DNA of 64,000 nucleotides from Plasmodiophora brassicae (Eukaryota): NCBI GenBank assembly GCA_036867785.1, contig CP145413.1, positions 558,001 to 622,000 of the forward strand, read 5' to 3'. Shown piece by piece: positions 49,402 to 62,157 of this stretch (position 1 is its first letter; each line of letters starts with the position of its first letter). The notes under the pieces were generated by a model. It saw only the letters and a program-made list of their open reading frames with translations, ran no database searches and was not told where the DNA came from. The position numbers and the translations under genes were made by a program.

Positions 49402-50584
49402 TTATTCGAATCCGGCCTCCGTCATGCGATTGGTGATGTCCTTGTAGGCGACGCCTGGATTGAACTTTCCGTTTGCGCCAAACCCACATTTCTTGAACAG
49501 ACCTCTCATATCATATCTCCGAAACTTCTTGAGTTCCGTTAAGATTACAACAGGGAGGTCCTTCGGTTTGACATTGCCTTCAGCATACCAACGCCTAAGG
49601 CTTTTCTTGACAAGACCGAACACAATCTCAATCGGGTTGAACATCGGACAGTAGGCTGGCAGGAAGATGGGAATGATGCCGAGATCCCGTAGGTACTCGA
49701 CTATCGTATGATGGCAATGTATCCTGGCTCCATCCATGATCCAAACCGATTGCCGCCCAGGATGCTTCTGAACTCGGCCGGACAGAGCATGCTCACGGAC
49801 GCATTCGACAAATTTCTGACGATCGAACGTGCCCTCTGTGAGAAATGTGCCTTCCAACCCATCACATCCGATGAAGCACAGCAACGAGCTACGCGGCCTT
49901 CTGACGAATTCGCCTCTGAAGAGCAGTTCCTGGCCCTGCATAACGCATGTTAGGGTCCTGTATACGGATAACGTTGGGGAACTCGTCGACAGACCTTAAG
50001 CGCATAACCCTTGCGACGTAGCATGTCCCGGTTGTCGAGGCCGAACTCGTCAAGAAAGCACAGGCTGGAGTGGGTCCAGTCGATAGCGTTGAGTTCCTCG
50101 AAGAATCGGACGATGTCTGCTTCCTTGATCTGGATGGCTCGACGGACAATGAGCTATTCAACAGTAAGCCGAAACTGATAACCCATTCCTGTTCGAGTCG
50201 TACCTTTCGAGTAAAGCCGTATTCGCGAAGTATGCGCCAGATCGTGCTCAAACTGATGTCGTTCTTCCAGTTGATTTCGAATGCCAGCTTGGCTTCGTCA
50301 AGAAAGGACAAAGGGTTGGCGAGGAAGTAGTCCCTTATCCATTCGCGGTGTTCAGGCGTGTACTTCCGCTGCGACTCTGTTGCCTTACGGGATACGGCAC
50401 CGGTGCGCTCGTACCGCTCGATCCATCTGCCGATCGTCGATGGCGCCTTGCGATACAAAAGGGCTATCTGATTCTGCTTGAGGCCGATGAAATAGTAGGC
50501 GTACAGCGCGTGCAGTTTGGTGTTCTCTGTAGCATGTTGGCTTTCAATTGCTTCGGACACGTGTACACCATGAGCGGCCGCCAT
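49402..50584 (-). CDS. IS630/Tc1/mariner-superfamily transposase, DD34E
   Basis: HTH (QIALLYRKAPSTIGRWIERYERTG; ISLSTIWRILREYGFTRK), FLDE, IMDG + 34 aa + NPIE; introns 50154-50203 and 49936-49994 restore the frame. Confidence 0.93.
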
Positions 50585-51501
50585 CTCCAACGCTGGCACC
50601 TACGCGCTTTGCAATAATTTTGTAACTGAAAAAGAGGGAGCACGACGCCACAGATCACATCTACAACCTTGAACGGGCGTTACATCGTCTGCTCGCGCTC
50701 GTGCAATCCAAATCAGGTATAACAACTAGTCTCAGGTCAACCACTACCGAACAGGACACGATTGCGAAGACGGTTGTTTCTCGAGCTCCGTTTAATTGAT
50801 CAGAATCGCCGCTACGTATCTTCTCTACCTGCTTGACTGAAAGATTGCCACATCCCGTCCCTATATCTTCTGGAAGCTACAGGTTTCAAGTCAAACCAGC
50901 CGAGCAAGCGCGCTCGCGATAGTTGGGCACCAACAATCGCGAAAAAAATGCGTGGCGACGGTTGATAGTTGGGGCGATTGCATTTCGGACGGCAATCGCA
51001 ATATCAGATGAAACCAACGCAGTTCCCTTGTTTGAATGCTCATTTGTCATCAGCTACGTGCCCTTGTGCCCACTGCCACAGCTCTCGCATCGCAAAGCAT
51101 ACAGGAGTTCAACAATGCTTCAAATTTCTCCGATGGTCCCCATTGATTAGATCTTCAACCGCGAAGATGTAACTGGAAGGAACGCTAGTAACACGTACGA
51201 TATGGCCCTCGCCATTTCAGAAATAGTTTCTCTCCAGCTCTGAGCGTATCTGCTTGTCGTGACCAGCGCACATACCTGATCGCGTGCCCAGCATGCTACC
51301 GTTTGAGTAGTGCATGATGTGGCCACGAGACCCTACCCAGATCACTCGTGTTCCGATCCTCGACCCACTATACCGCTTAGCAGCAGGTTGGCCTTGAGCG
51401 TCTGGCCCTGTCTGTACACCTTCGAACATGCGGTAGCAGGCGTTCGAGACTGCTGTGAGCCCGACCACGACACGAGTCACGCCGCAACAAAAATAGCTTC
51501 G

Positions 51502-52263
51502 ATGTGGTCTCGGCTGTCGGCGTTGTCACAGCGGTTTGGTCCGAAGCGAATGTCGACGATTCGAGAGTACTTCGACGACACGTACAAGTTCAAGTCTCAT
51601 GCACGTGTCCTGGACGTGTCCCCCAGCGACGACGAAGTGCGCATTGCTGTCGATCGCACCATCTTCCATCCGCAGGGGGGTGGCCAGCCTTCCGATTCGG
51701 GCACGATAACGACCTGCGATGGACGCGAGTTCACGGTCGACTCTCTATCCATCGACCGCGAAACGGATACAATTTGGCATATCGGCAAATTCGCGAACGA
51801 CGCGGGCACGCTTGCGAAAGGCGACGAGGTGACCCTGGCGATCGATGGCGCGCGGCGTCGTCTCCACGCCATGTTGCACAGCGCTGGGCACATCCTCGAC
51901 ATTGTCATGGCCGGCATCCGCCCCGACCTCGCCCCGAGCAAGGGCTGTCATTTCCCCGGGAACGCCTGGGTCGAATACATTGGCAAGGTCGACGCCGGCG
52001 ACCGACCTGACGTCGTCCGCCGCCTGCAATCCGGCATCGACGACCTGATCGCGTCCTCGATCCCGACGACCGTCGTCGTCCAGGACGACGGCAAGCGCAC
52101 GATCCAGTTCGGGTCGCATGCGCCCGTCGGGTGCGGCGGCACCCACGTCAGCGCCACCAGCGACTTCGGGCCGCACCGCATCGTCATCGACAAGATCCAG
52201 GCCGTCAAGGGCGGCGCCCGTGTCAAGTATTCGCTGCGCGACGAGGCCCGGCGTGAGTCGTGA
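51502..52263 (+). CDS. Free-standing AlaX (alanyl-tRNA editing) protein
   Basis: DRTIFHPQGGGQPSDSG; HSAGH and CGGTH Zn motifs; intronless. Confidence 0.9.
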   Translation: MWSRLSALSQRFGPKRMSTIREYFDDTYKFKSHARVLDVSPSDDEVRIAVDRTIFHPQGGGQPSDSGTITTCDGREFTVDSLSIDRETDTIWHIGKFANDAGTLAKGDEVTLAIDGARRRLHAMLHSAGHILDIVMAGIRPDLAPSKGCHFPGNAWVEYIGKVDAGDRPDVVRRLQSGIDDLIASSIPTTVVVQDDGKRTIQFGSHAPVGCGGTHVSATSDFGPHRIVIDKIQAVKGGARVKYSLRDEARRES

Positions 52264-52439
52264 CTATCTGGTGGGCACCCCTCCACCCTCCCACATAAAC
52301 GTCAGCGGCCGATGCGCGCGCCATCCAATCATGTGAAGCGCCGCGTCGGCGACGTCGTCGCCAGTCAGTCGCGCGAGCCAGATCTGGGTGGGGCACGTGG
52401 CCACTCTCTCAGAGTAGTGGGCACACGCGGGTGGCTGCG

Positions 52440-54233
52440 ATGGACGCCAACCTGACCGTCGCCGGCAACGTCCTCCTGCTGCCGTCGACGAATGGCGCCG
52501 CCGTCCCGTTCGCCGAGACCGGGTACGCGTCGACCGGCTTCCTGGTCGCCATGTCGGCGCTGGTGTTCCTCATGACGCCCGGCCTCGGCCTGTTCTACAG
52601 CGGCCTGTCGAACGCCAAGAACGGTAACAGACGTGAAAGGCGGCGTCCTCGGCCGTGCGCATCTGACGGAAACGACCAGCGCTGTCGCTGATCATGGTCT
52701 GCCTCCTGTCGATGGCGCTGATCAGCGTCCAGGTCAGCGGGACGACGATGGGCGTGCGGCGACGACCCGAAACGCTGAAGGTTTGCGTTTCAGTGGCTGG
52801 CTGTCGGGTTCAGCTTCGCGTTCAGCGAGACGGGTTCCTTCTTCATGGGCAACTTCGACCACGCCGGGTTCAACAACGTGGACGCGCGTGCAATGGCGCT
52901 GACGGCCCCCGCGGTCCCGTCCATCGCCTTCGCCTTGTACCAGATGCAATTCGCCACCATCACGCCCGCCCTCATCTTCGGCTCCAGTGCGTCCCCTCGC
53001 GACCGAACGACATCGTCGTCCGCAGCTGACATTGCTGGGCGACGATTAGTCTCCGACAGGTTCCGCATCGTCCCGGCCATGGTCTTCGTCGTCGTCTGGG
53101 CAACCCTCATCTACGATCCGGTATCAGTGCCACGACCGGCGTCGTCGGTGGCCCACGTGCTCAACCGGCGCGTATAGGTCGCGTACTGGTCCTGGGGCGC
53201 TCGCGGCTGGTTGCACAACCTCACCTGCCTGTCGACGACGTCGCTGTCGCAGGCGCCCTGCGGCGTCGGCATGTACGATTTCGCGGGCGGCGGCCCGGTG
53301 CACATCGCCAGCGGGTTCGCCGGCCTGGCCTATGCCCTGGTCCTCGGGCGCTCGACAGCAGACGGCGGCACCCGCCACAAACCGCACAACGGTATGCGAT
53401 CGCCCCGCGATCGCCTCCACGCCTGCACCTGAACGCCCGACCAACAGTCGCGAACGTGTTCCTGGGCACCGCCTTGCTCTGGTTCGGGTGGTTCGGGTTC
53501 AACGGAGGGTCCGCTCTAGCGGCCACGGCCCGGGCGGCCATGGCGGCGACCGTCACGACAATGGCGGCGTCGTCAGCGGCCATCGCCTGGGTCGTCGTCG
53601 ACTACCTGCGGCACAGGAAGATCTCGGGGGTCGGGTTCTGCTCCGGGGCCGTCGTCGGCCTCGTTGGCATCACGGTTCGTTCCGTGTCACGTTGGGCGTC
53701 CACCGCTTGGACTTATGCAGGGAACAGCCTGGATCTGGGTACGTGGCGCCCTGGGCGTCTGTCGTCGTCGGTGCTGTGACATCCCTGGTCTGCAACCTGG
53801 CGGCCAACTCGCCGGCCATGAGGAAGATCGACGACAGCCTGGACACGTTCAGCGCCCATGGCCTGGGCGGCATCATCGTACACCACTGCTGTGTTCGTCC
53901 GCGTTGACAGGATGTGGCTGACGGCGCCGTCGACAGGGGAACGTCCTGACGGGCGTGTTCGCCCAGAAATGGGTGGGAACGCTGGACGGGACCGCCCTGA
54001 ACGGGGGCGCCATCGACGGCAACGCCGCGCAGGTCCTGTACCAGATCATCGGGTCGGCGGCGATCGCCGCGTACTCGTTCGTCGGCAGCGTCGTCATCCT
54101 GAAGGTCCTCGACCGGATCCCTGGCCTGCACCTGCGGCCGACCCCGGAGGACCAGGCCGCCGGCGCCGATCTCGTCCAGATGGGCGAGCTCGTCTTCGCC
54201 CTGGACGCGGATGCCCCAGCGAAGGCGGTGTGA
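52440..54233 (+). CDS. AMT: Ammonium transporter (Amt/MEP)
   Basis: LVFLMTPGLGLFYSG; YQMQFATITPAL; DFAGGGPVHIASG; LLWFGWFGFNGGS; IDDSLDTFSAHGLGG; many introns. Confidence 0.96.
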
Positions 54234-54282
54234 TTACAGATCGACCGGCCATATACGGGACTGGTGTGCCCACTCGTTCCCG

Positions 54283-55296
54283 TCACGTAACCGTGCGTTT
54301 ATCCCTGGGATGCGCTGTGGCGCCGCCTTCGGCGTCCGCCTTTCGTTCCAGTGCCCGGATCCGCTCCTTCTGGGCCCTGTCCAGCTCCTTCAGGCCTCGC
54401 AGGTCCTCGAGCAGCGCCCTGCGACTCTTCTTCTGGGCGGCGACCTGCTCCGACAGGTCGTGCACCGTCGCTCGCAGCGCGGAACGCTCCGCTTGCAGGG
54501 CTGATTGCTCCTCGGCCAGCTTGCGCAGCCGGTCGTCCAGGGCCGCCCGCTACGTTGGCCATCGTCAGCCAACCCAGCACCCGCACGACGTCTGCCTGCA
54601 CCGACCTCGGATTGTGCCGCGTTTGCTTGCGCCCTAGCGGTGCCCAGGGCGCCTTCCAGTTCCGCGATTCGCGACGATTGTCGTGCGGCGTCCTGCGCCA
54701 GCGCCTTGGCGGTCTGCTCGGCGCCGCTGCTCTTGGCGATCTCGTTCAGCAGTTTGGCGGACAGGTCGTCGCGTTCGCACCGCAGCTGGGCCATGCGTTC
54801 GACGTGCAACGTTGACTGTGGCCCGACGCCGGCCCGCAGGCTCCATTCGTGCAGAGCCGCTTCCAGGTACGAGACGCGCCCCTGGAGCGTCGCCGACTCC
54901 CCCTTCGATGCCGCCAGGGCTCCCTAATCGGACGGGTCAGCAACCGGAGATCGAACGGTGGCCGCAGCGGTCGTGTGATCTGCCGAACCTTTAACTCTTT
55001 GCACCTCAGGGTGAGCGCCTGGCATCGGTCGGTAAGAACGCCGCTCGGGTCCGACCGACCGATTCTCGTCTCGATCCTGTGCAGCACGTTCGCCGCTTCT
55101 CTCCACTTGCGCTCCAGCTCGGTCGCCTGCCGCTTCAGGCTCGCGTTCTGATCAGCAGAGATCCGGTCAGCCGTGCCGTGCGGGCCGGCGGTCGGCTACG
55201 ACGAACATGGTCCTCGAGAAGGCGGCAGCGTTTCACCAGCGCGTCCCGATCCGCCTGCACGCGCGACGCGCTCGTTGCCGACGCCGCCCGAGGCAT
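54283..55296 (-). CDS. Coiled-coil protein of unknown function
   Basis: Heptad-rich exons (NASLKRQATELERKWRE…, SSRIAELEGALG…, LRKLAEEQSALQAE…) joined by 3 GT-AG introns. Confidence 0.6.
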
Positions 55297-55464
55297 CGAT
55301 GCCAGGTGACAGCAGGCGCGACCCTCTCCCCCGTGCCCGTCCGGCACGTCGTCACGCGGAACGCTCCTTCATGGACGTTCGGGAACGTCAAAGCCCACAG
55401 CAGCGTTTATTCGGCAGCAAGTCATCTCAATGGAACAGAACCGAACGCGCGTCGTCGTCGCCGG

Positions 55465-55934
55465 CTACTTGTTCCACGACGAACGGCGCTCTTCGATGAG
55501 CGGCAGGAACTTGCCCTCGGCGTGGAGGCGGTGGACGTCGTCGCTGCCGCCGACAAACTGTCCACCCACTGCACATACACGTCAACGACGACGACGACGA
55601 CGCAGGCACCGATGCGGTATCACCGACCAAACAGCTGAGGGGTCGTCTGGCAGCCCGAGATGCTGGGAAGCACGTTCATGATTGCGGACCCGTTCTCATG
55701 CTTGTTGACCTCGATGATGGCCACGTCCACGTTCAGCTGTCGTAGGAGTTTCTTGAGCCGCTTGCAGTACTGCCAGGCGGGGGGTACGGTCAGCAACGGG
55801 GGTCGATCGGACGGGCAGTGCGGTCGACCGACCAGGCACCACGTCCTGGAGAACATGACGATGAAGGCGCTCTTGATGTACTGGTCGGTGACCTGCTCGG
55901 GCGTCAGCTGGACCTTGCTGGAGCTGGAACCCAT
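55465..55934 (-). CDS. Dithiol glutaredoxin with N-myristoylation-like N-terminus
   Basis: MGSSSSK; FSRTWC-L/YC across an intron; QTTPQLF; FVGGSDDV. Confidence 0.88.
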
Positions 55935-56399
55935 GCTGGCCTGCCGCTCGTAGTCCCCACTATCGAGAACGCCAATAATGCGACGAGGGGAGGGTTGGAT
56001 AGGTCGACCTTGCGTGAACAGTTGAAAGGGTACAGGGGTCGATCATAATGCCCTACCCGCGCCGCGTTCTCACAACCCGAAAACGACGACCACTACCTAG
56101 CCTGATACACTGCACGTCGTGTCGCCATGACCACGGCGGACGATGGCTACTCTGACGGGGCGACAAGAAGATGTCCCCTACGCTACAGCACGATGTCGGG
56201 CCGTGATGACGCTGAAGACCCGCGTGATGCACAGGTCGTCTACACACGCCCAGGAGGACAACCGAGCCTGGCGGCAGGCTGAGCCCATGCGCCGAAGGTA
56301 TCGGCGTCCACTGAACGCTACACAATGACAAATCGAGCGGACCCAGACCATAGACGGGGGTGGACATTATGTGTTTACATATCGACCGTTCGGCGACAA

Positions 56400-56794
56400 T
56401 CAGGACTTCATCGCTGGGCGCAACCAGAACCCACATGAGACAAACGACAACGCCCAAGGGAGTAGCAGCACAACGAACCATCTGCCTGGCGGAGCTGTTC
56501 GCGGAGCTGGTCGACGAAATCGTCGTGCGTATCCTCGTCGAACCAGTTGTCCTCCCAGAGCTGGTCGTCCTCCTTGTCCTCGTCGGGCGCCTCCCACGCT
56601 GCGCGAGCACCCCGTCAGACATTCGTCACGACCTACCGCCCCGTCGCACGCATCCCCGCCCTACTCTCTTCCACGAATTCCTCGAACTCGTCGTCCTCCT
56701 CGAGCAGGTCCAGTTCCTCAATTTCGGCCGCCTTGTTCGGTTCCGCCGCCGCCGCCGCCGCGGCCGCTCCAGGCGCTGTCGTCGTGTTCGCCAT
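56400..56794 (-). CDS. SEM1: SEM1/DSS1 proteasome lid subunit
   Basis: LLEEDDEFEEF / W…LWEDNWFDEDTHDDFVDQLREQL. Confidence 0.9.
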
Positions 56795-56937
56795 CGATCG
56801 ACACTGACCACGGACTTTGCCCACTGATTACGTTGCCCGTCGTAATACTACAGTACTCGTTAAGCACCCCGCCGCGTCCTGCGGTTAGTCTCATCGTTTA
56901 CTGTGTCGTATGGTGCTAGAGAGGGGCGTCGTGCCTG

Positions 56938-59900
56938 CTATCGTGCGTCGGCGTCGGCCCAAGTCGCCAGCTTCTCCAGGTTCTTGTCGAGCTCGGCGGC
57001 GAACAGCGACGGTTCGGGGGCGTCCGCGTCGCCTGCCTTGACGGGGTCGATTGCGACGTCGTAGGGGATGGGGTCGCAGATGTCACGACGGGAGTCGAGC
57101 ATGTCCTGCAGACGGGCGATATTGCGAAGCATCCATTCCTTCGTGCTGTCGACGCTGTCGAAGGCGGTGGAGCTCAGCACAAGCGTCTGCATGTGCCGCG
57201 CGTTAACAACCCATGCGACACGTGATGTACAAATAGCACTGAACCGTTTCCGCCAGGATAGACGACAGCGCCGACAGGATCCGCTGGTGCCTCGAAATGA
57301 CCGTCTCCAGATTGTGGCTGGCCTTGACCAGAAGATCATGCTCGCGATCCCACCTCCACTCGGCGGTATCCTGCAAGCGCCCGTCAAACGAATGGCAGGC
57401 ATCGCAGCGGAACCCGACCTTTTGACTGAGGACCGCATTGTACCGACCCTGCAACTCCACCAGCTGGATCGACAGCGCCGATTCCCGTTCCGTTAACCTG
57501 TCGATTTCATCTGGCGGGAACGCCGGTCAGTCACGTGGAGCGACGCCCTCAGACAAACGCCACGACCACCTTGTAGTTTGCTGTACAGCGCGTGCAGGTC
57601 GGCCATGGACTCGTCCTTCTGAGCCAGGGCGGTGCTCTGCTGGACAAGGTGCCCGCGAAGACGCGCAATCGTATCGCTGTGCCGCCGGGCCTCCGACGCC
57701 ACGTTGTCCTGCGGCCACCACGTGTCAGCAGCACTGCCCATCGCCACACGACGCCAGCACCGACTCGTTCCGTCCGGATCGACGCGATCGTTTGCTCGAG
57801 GTCGTCCAGTTTGGCTCTGGCGGCAGCCAGGACGCTGGCGTCGTGCGCCATTCGCCAACAGCGGAACGCTCGGGCCAGTCGGCGCCGCCGACCGCTTGCG
57901 CCGATCCCGTCCCGAGTTCGCTCGCGGAGCGCACGTGCACGCCGATACCGCACCCAGGATCGCATCATGCGATGGCAACTTCGCCACGAGCACTGCTCGG
58001 CGTGCTCGTCCGCGTTCGCAGTCAGGCGGTGACGCAGCCGGGCGTCTGTCAGTGCCTGCGTCCACCTGCCCAGATACCTCCTCTGCAAGCACGTCAGCAC
58101 CTGTCGGGAGACGACATGCGATGCTGTTCACCTGCTGGCGACGCCTGCTAACGGCAGTGGCTATCGGCAGGATCCTGTTGATGGAGCGCGCGTACATCCA
58201 GGTTCGGAGTGCACACCCGGATAGGGACCGTTCCCTGATCTCGCGTATGGCGTTGCCTGCCCAGCGGCAGTACGACAAATACTGAAACTCGCCGCGCCAG
58301 AACGCCCACATGATGGAGGTGCGCCTCAGGCGCCATCGGCGTTGGCAATCTGGAGCACCCGTCATACGCGTAGGAGGGGCACCTGGAAAGCAAGACCGAC
58401 CTTGAATGCGAACCCGCCCGTCAATCGCTCGTTTCAGTGCACCATGCCACGCTATCAGGATCCTCGCGAGCCGGTACTGGGAAGCAACGCCACGCATCGC
58501 CTGGAGAGGCCCACGGTTGTCAGCAGCAAATGGGCAACGTGTACAGAGTAGCGCAACCGACCCGCTTCTTGGCTAGGGCCTGCGCCTGGCGTCGCATGCC
58601 GACGAAGACGGCCCGCTCCAGCTTGCACTGGCGATGCAACCAGGCCAACTTCGATTTGGCGGCGTCCTCACGTGACATCGCGAACGAGGTCTGCCAGCAG
58701 CGTCGTCATCCACGGAAACAAACAGGGGCATCGTCCTGCTACCTTCCAGGTGGCCCACGTGCGCCCGAGCACGCCCAGGAAGCCGAAGTATCGCGCGGTT
58801 AGATTCTACCAGATGTACGTTAGCCTGGACTTCAGCGACACACTGCCTACTCCTACCCTGCATCGTTTAGGGCGTGCGACTTCCACAGTCCATCGGCGCC
58901 ACCCGAACAGGACCATACGAAGCTGACGGTACACCTCAGCATCCCAGCAGTGTCAAGCAACTGCTTGCCGAGCGTACCTTTCTCTGCTCGTGGCTCTGGA
59001 TCGCGAGTTCACAGCGCCGCTTGCTGCTAGGGTTCCCGATCATCTGCTGCGCCCAGACGCGCCAGCATTCGCGAAGCGTGCGTCGACGCACCCAGTGACC
59101 CCTGCAGGGCAACTGTTAGAGGGATGACGCGGATCCTGCAACGGCCTGAGACCTGAGGTCGTGATCCCGCCGCGCCTTCCTGCGCCGCTCTATCCAGGCC
59201 TTCCAGTGCGCCCACATCCGCCTCTGCCCGGCTCGTCGTCCCGTTCGGGTCGCCAGATGGCTCCGTCGTGTCGTTGTCGCCCACCTGCTGTTTGGTCAAC
59301 ACGACATGCGTAGAGCGGCGATCCTGTGGGCATGGTACGAGATGAAGGCGTTCCGGCAGAGGTTGGCATCCCGCCTGCCGCGGTTTCGTCGGTGCCGAAC
59401 CGTCCGCTGCAATGTCCTGCACCAGCGACGAAGCGCCCGACGCATCATGAACATGTTGGACAGGGCACCTGCTCGGGCGTACGCCGACGCCAGTCGCCCG
59501 TCGACACACATCTCTGCATCTCCACCGTCCGCCTATGGAAATAGTCAGTCAAGTACGTTCGTTGGCGTAGCGCAACGTTCATCACCTTGGCGAGTTCCTG
59601 GCGGAACGTCTCGGCGATGTCCCTGGTGGCCCTAAGCTCCTGAACAAGGCGTCGGATGGCGTCCTCGCCGATGGGACGACCGTGGCGAAGGTCGCGTTCG
59701 ACATCGAGCTCGGTGCGGTCGAGGTGCATCGATCCGATAGCCGAGCAGGCGATGTCCCGACGTAGGAGCTGGGCGCGTAACGCCGCGATTTCGCTCTGCA
59801 ACGCCTGCTCCCGGTCCAGGCTGGCGCGTACCGATGCGTCTCGTGCTGAAACGGCGGCCTGGAGTTCGGCCCTGGCGACCTCGTCAGAGACGCCGCCGGC

Positions 59901-61727
59901 GACGACCGTTAGTAGGCGGTGGCGTTCGCTGCCGATCTCGTTGATGTGCTGCTGGAGGCCAGCGTTCGTCGCCCGGTGCTGCTCGATCTCCTGCGTCAGG
60001 ATGGCCGTCTCCTGCTCCGCACGTTGGACATTGTCCAGGTTCTGCTGCTGGAATACGCGCAGACGGTCGCCGACCCGCTCGAGAAGTTCCTCCAGCTGTC
60101 TGACCCGACTACAAACGGTGTTAGGCACCACCCTGGCATCAGTCGGACAAGGCGACGAACCTGTTCTCGTCGTCGAGATGCACTCGCCGTGGTGGAGACG
60201 ACGGGACCGGTGGTACCGCCGCCTTTGGCTCCCTCTGGTCCAGCGCATGTCAGATCGATTCGGTAGGTGCTACGTCGTTAGAACCTCGAGGAGGTCGCTG
60301 AGGATGTTGTCACGAGGTCGCCGGGTCGGCGAGTTGCGACGCGCCCTCAGTTCCGATTGCAATGTGTCCGCAGCGAACCCGGGCGCTCGTCGTCGCGATA
60401 CAGCCGCCAGGCGCTGGTGGACCTGGGCCAGATTGTTCTGCAGCGACTTGACGAGGGTCGTCAGTCGACCCTGCTGGTCTGCGAAGACCTCGGACGAGGC
60501 ACACTCCCAGGTCTCGTGCAGGACCCTGGGCGGCACCGTGAGAACCCAGTAACGAGCCCGACACGGGTGCGCTCGATACCGGAGCGGCGCTGTCGTGTTC
60601 GACAGCGAATACGTTTCCTGCCAGCGCTTCTGGATCCGTTGCCTGATCTGATCCTGGGCCGCCCGTGGGTCTTCGCCATCGTCCATTGTCCACGCGATGC
60701 GATTGACGAACTTGTCGGCGTCGATCGGGGTTGCCACGTCGGGAGCAGCGGAAACCCGATTGAACACGCCATGTCGACCCGTCGCCTGAAGGATACGTTA
60801 GCCCCACAGATCGGGTTCCATTCTGCACGTCATCACCATTTCGATCAGTTCAGCATGGAGAAGCAACTTGTAACAGGCCTGGTGCCGATCCGTTGGAGTC
60901 CAATAGCACAGAGGCAAACGGGACTGCCACAGACCTTCTCCAGCGTGCGGACCTTGCGTTCATTGTCGGTCATGACGCTGAGGACGGCGCTGTCACTGCT
61001 GACGACGGTGCGGGCCAGCGATCGATCCCCAGGCGTGATATGCTGACACACACGGATCAGGGCTTGATGATCACGGAGGCCCGGCAGGGTACCGTTGAAT
61101 CCAGGTTCGCCAGGCTGGGCACCAGCGCAATGACATGACATCGGTAGTTGGGAAGGTGTACAACGGGGCACCCGTCCAGGTACAGGCTGTGCAGGTGCCG
61201 CAGCCTGGACAGGGCGCCGATCGCGCTCAGGTCGGCGACCTGTGCACGCCCCGTTGTTACAGCGGGCGCGAACGCCAGATCCCCGGGGGCCGGTGCCAAC
61301 CAACCAGATTGTTCGCCAGCGACAGCGACGACAGCCTTGGGAACTGCTCGATGCCGTCGACGCTCGTCAGCAGGTTGTTGCCCAGAAGCAGAACCTCGGT
61401 ATCGTGGAACCGCGGGTCAACACGATCGATCTGTGCATGATGAGCAATCACGCCAGTGTGGGGCGCTGGGTCGCGCACGTCCATACCTCGCCGATGCCTT
61501 TGCCGGCGACGCTCACCCTCCGTTCTGGGTTGACGTCACTGGTCAGCACGTCGGACAGCTGGAACAAGGTGTCAGTTCGCCGCTAGGACTCCTCCTGGGG
61601 GTTGGGATGACCCGTTTTCGGCCGCGGGGCGACTCAGCAGGCGACCGGAGACGGACACGAGGACGTTGGACATGCGGTGTGGCCTGTATTTGCCTGCGTT
61701 GGGCGGCAATGGCGGCGTACCCGACAT
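56938..61727 (-). CDS. Large LRR + coiled-coil + Sfi1-like repeat protein (may be two genes; start uncertain)
   Basis: LLLGNNLLTSVDGIEQFPRLSSLSLANN…LYLDGCPV…NYRCHVIAL (LRR + cap); long coiled coil; repeated Arg-rich W motifs (RRALRRWCR, ARAFRCWR, RYLGRW, AVFVGMRRQA). Confidence 0.6.
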
Positions 61728-62157
61728 CCTGCATGTGCGATGGGCGCCCCCGGGGGCGAGTCGCGTGGCACCAGGACGGCTGGCCGTCGTGGGGATCGCC
61801 CAGGGGAGATCGGCGCGACGCCAGAGCCCGGGGCCTACGCCCTGCAAGCCAGGGTCACTCTGTGACCACAGCACAGCATGTCACGGGTGATGACGACTGT
61901 CGCGCCGACCACGCCCACTGACGCCGACACCCACGTCAAATATACATTCTCTGTCCATGTGATGTGGGCGGCGTCTGCACAGCACACGTGCGGCGCTCCA
62001 CACAGGGCGCACGTGGCCTGCCCTCCCCGTTCCTGAGCGCCGCACCGGTGATGGCCCTGCCCTGGTGGTTGCCGTCGTGGCCCTGTGGACGTGATCGACC
62101 GCGACGGGACATGCGGCGAACTGCAGCGCAAGTCCGTCGCTGTGGTGGCAGTCCGCG

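Larger units (their letters stand above)
48100..50690. mobile_element. Putative two-gene IS630/Tc1-like DNA transposon (ends uncertain)
   Basis: Transposase plus convergent ORF; tandem TGATGTAACC motifs at 48109-48139 and one inverted GTTACATC at 50679-50686; no full TIR/TSD seen. Confidence 0.6.
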
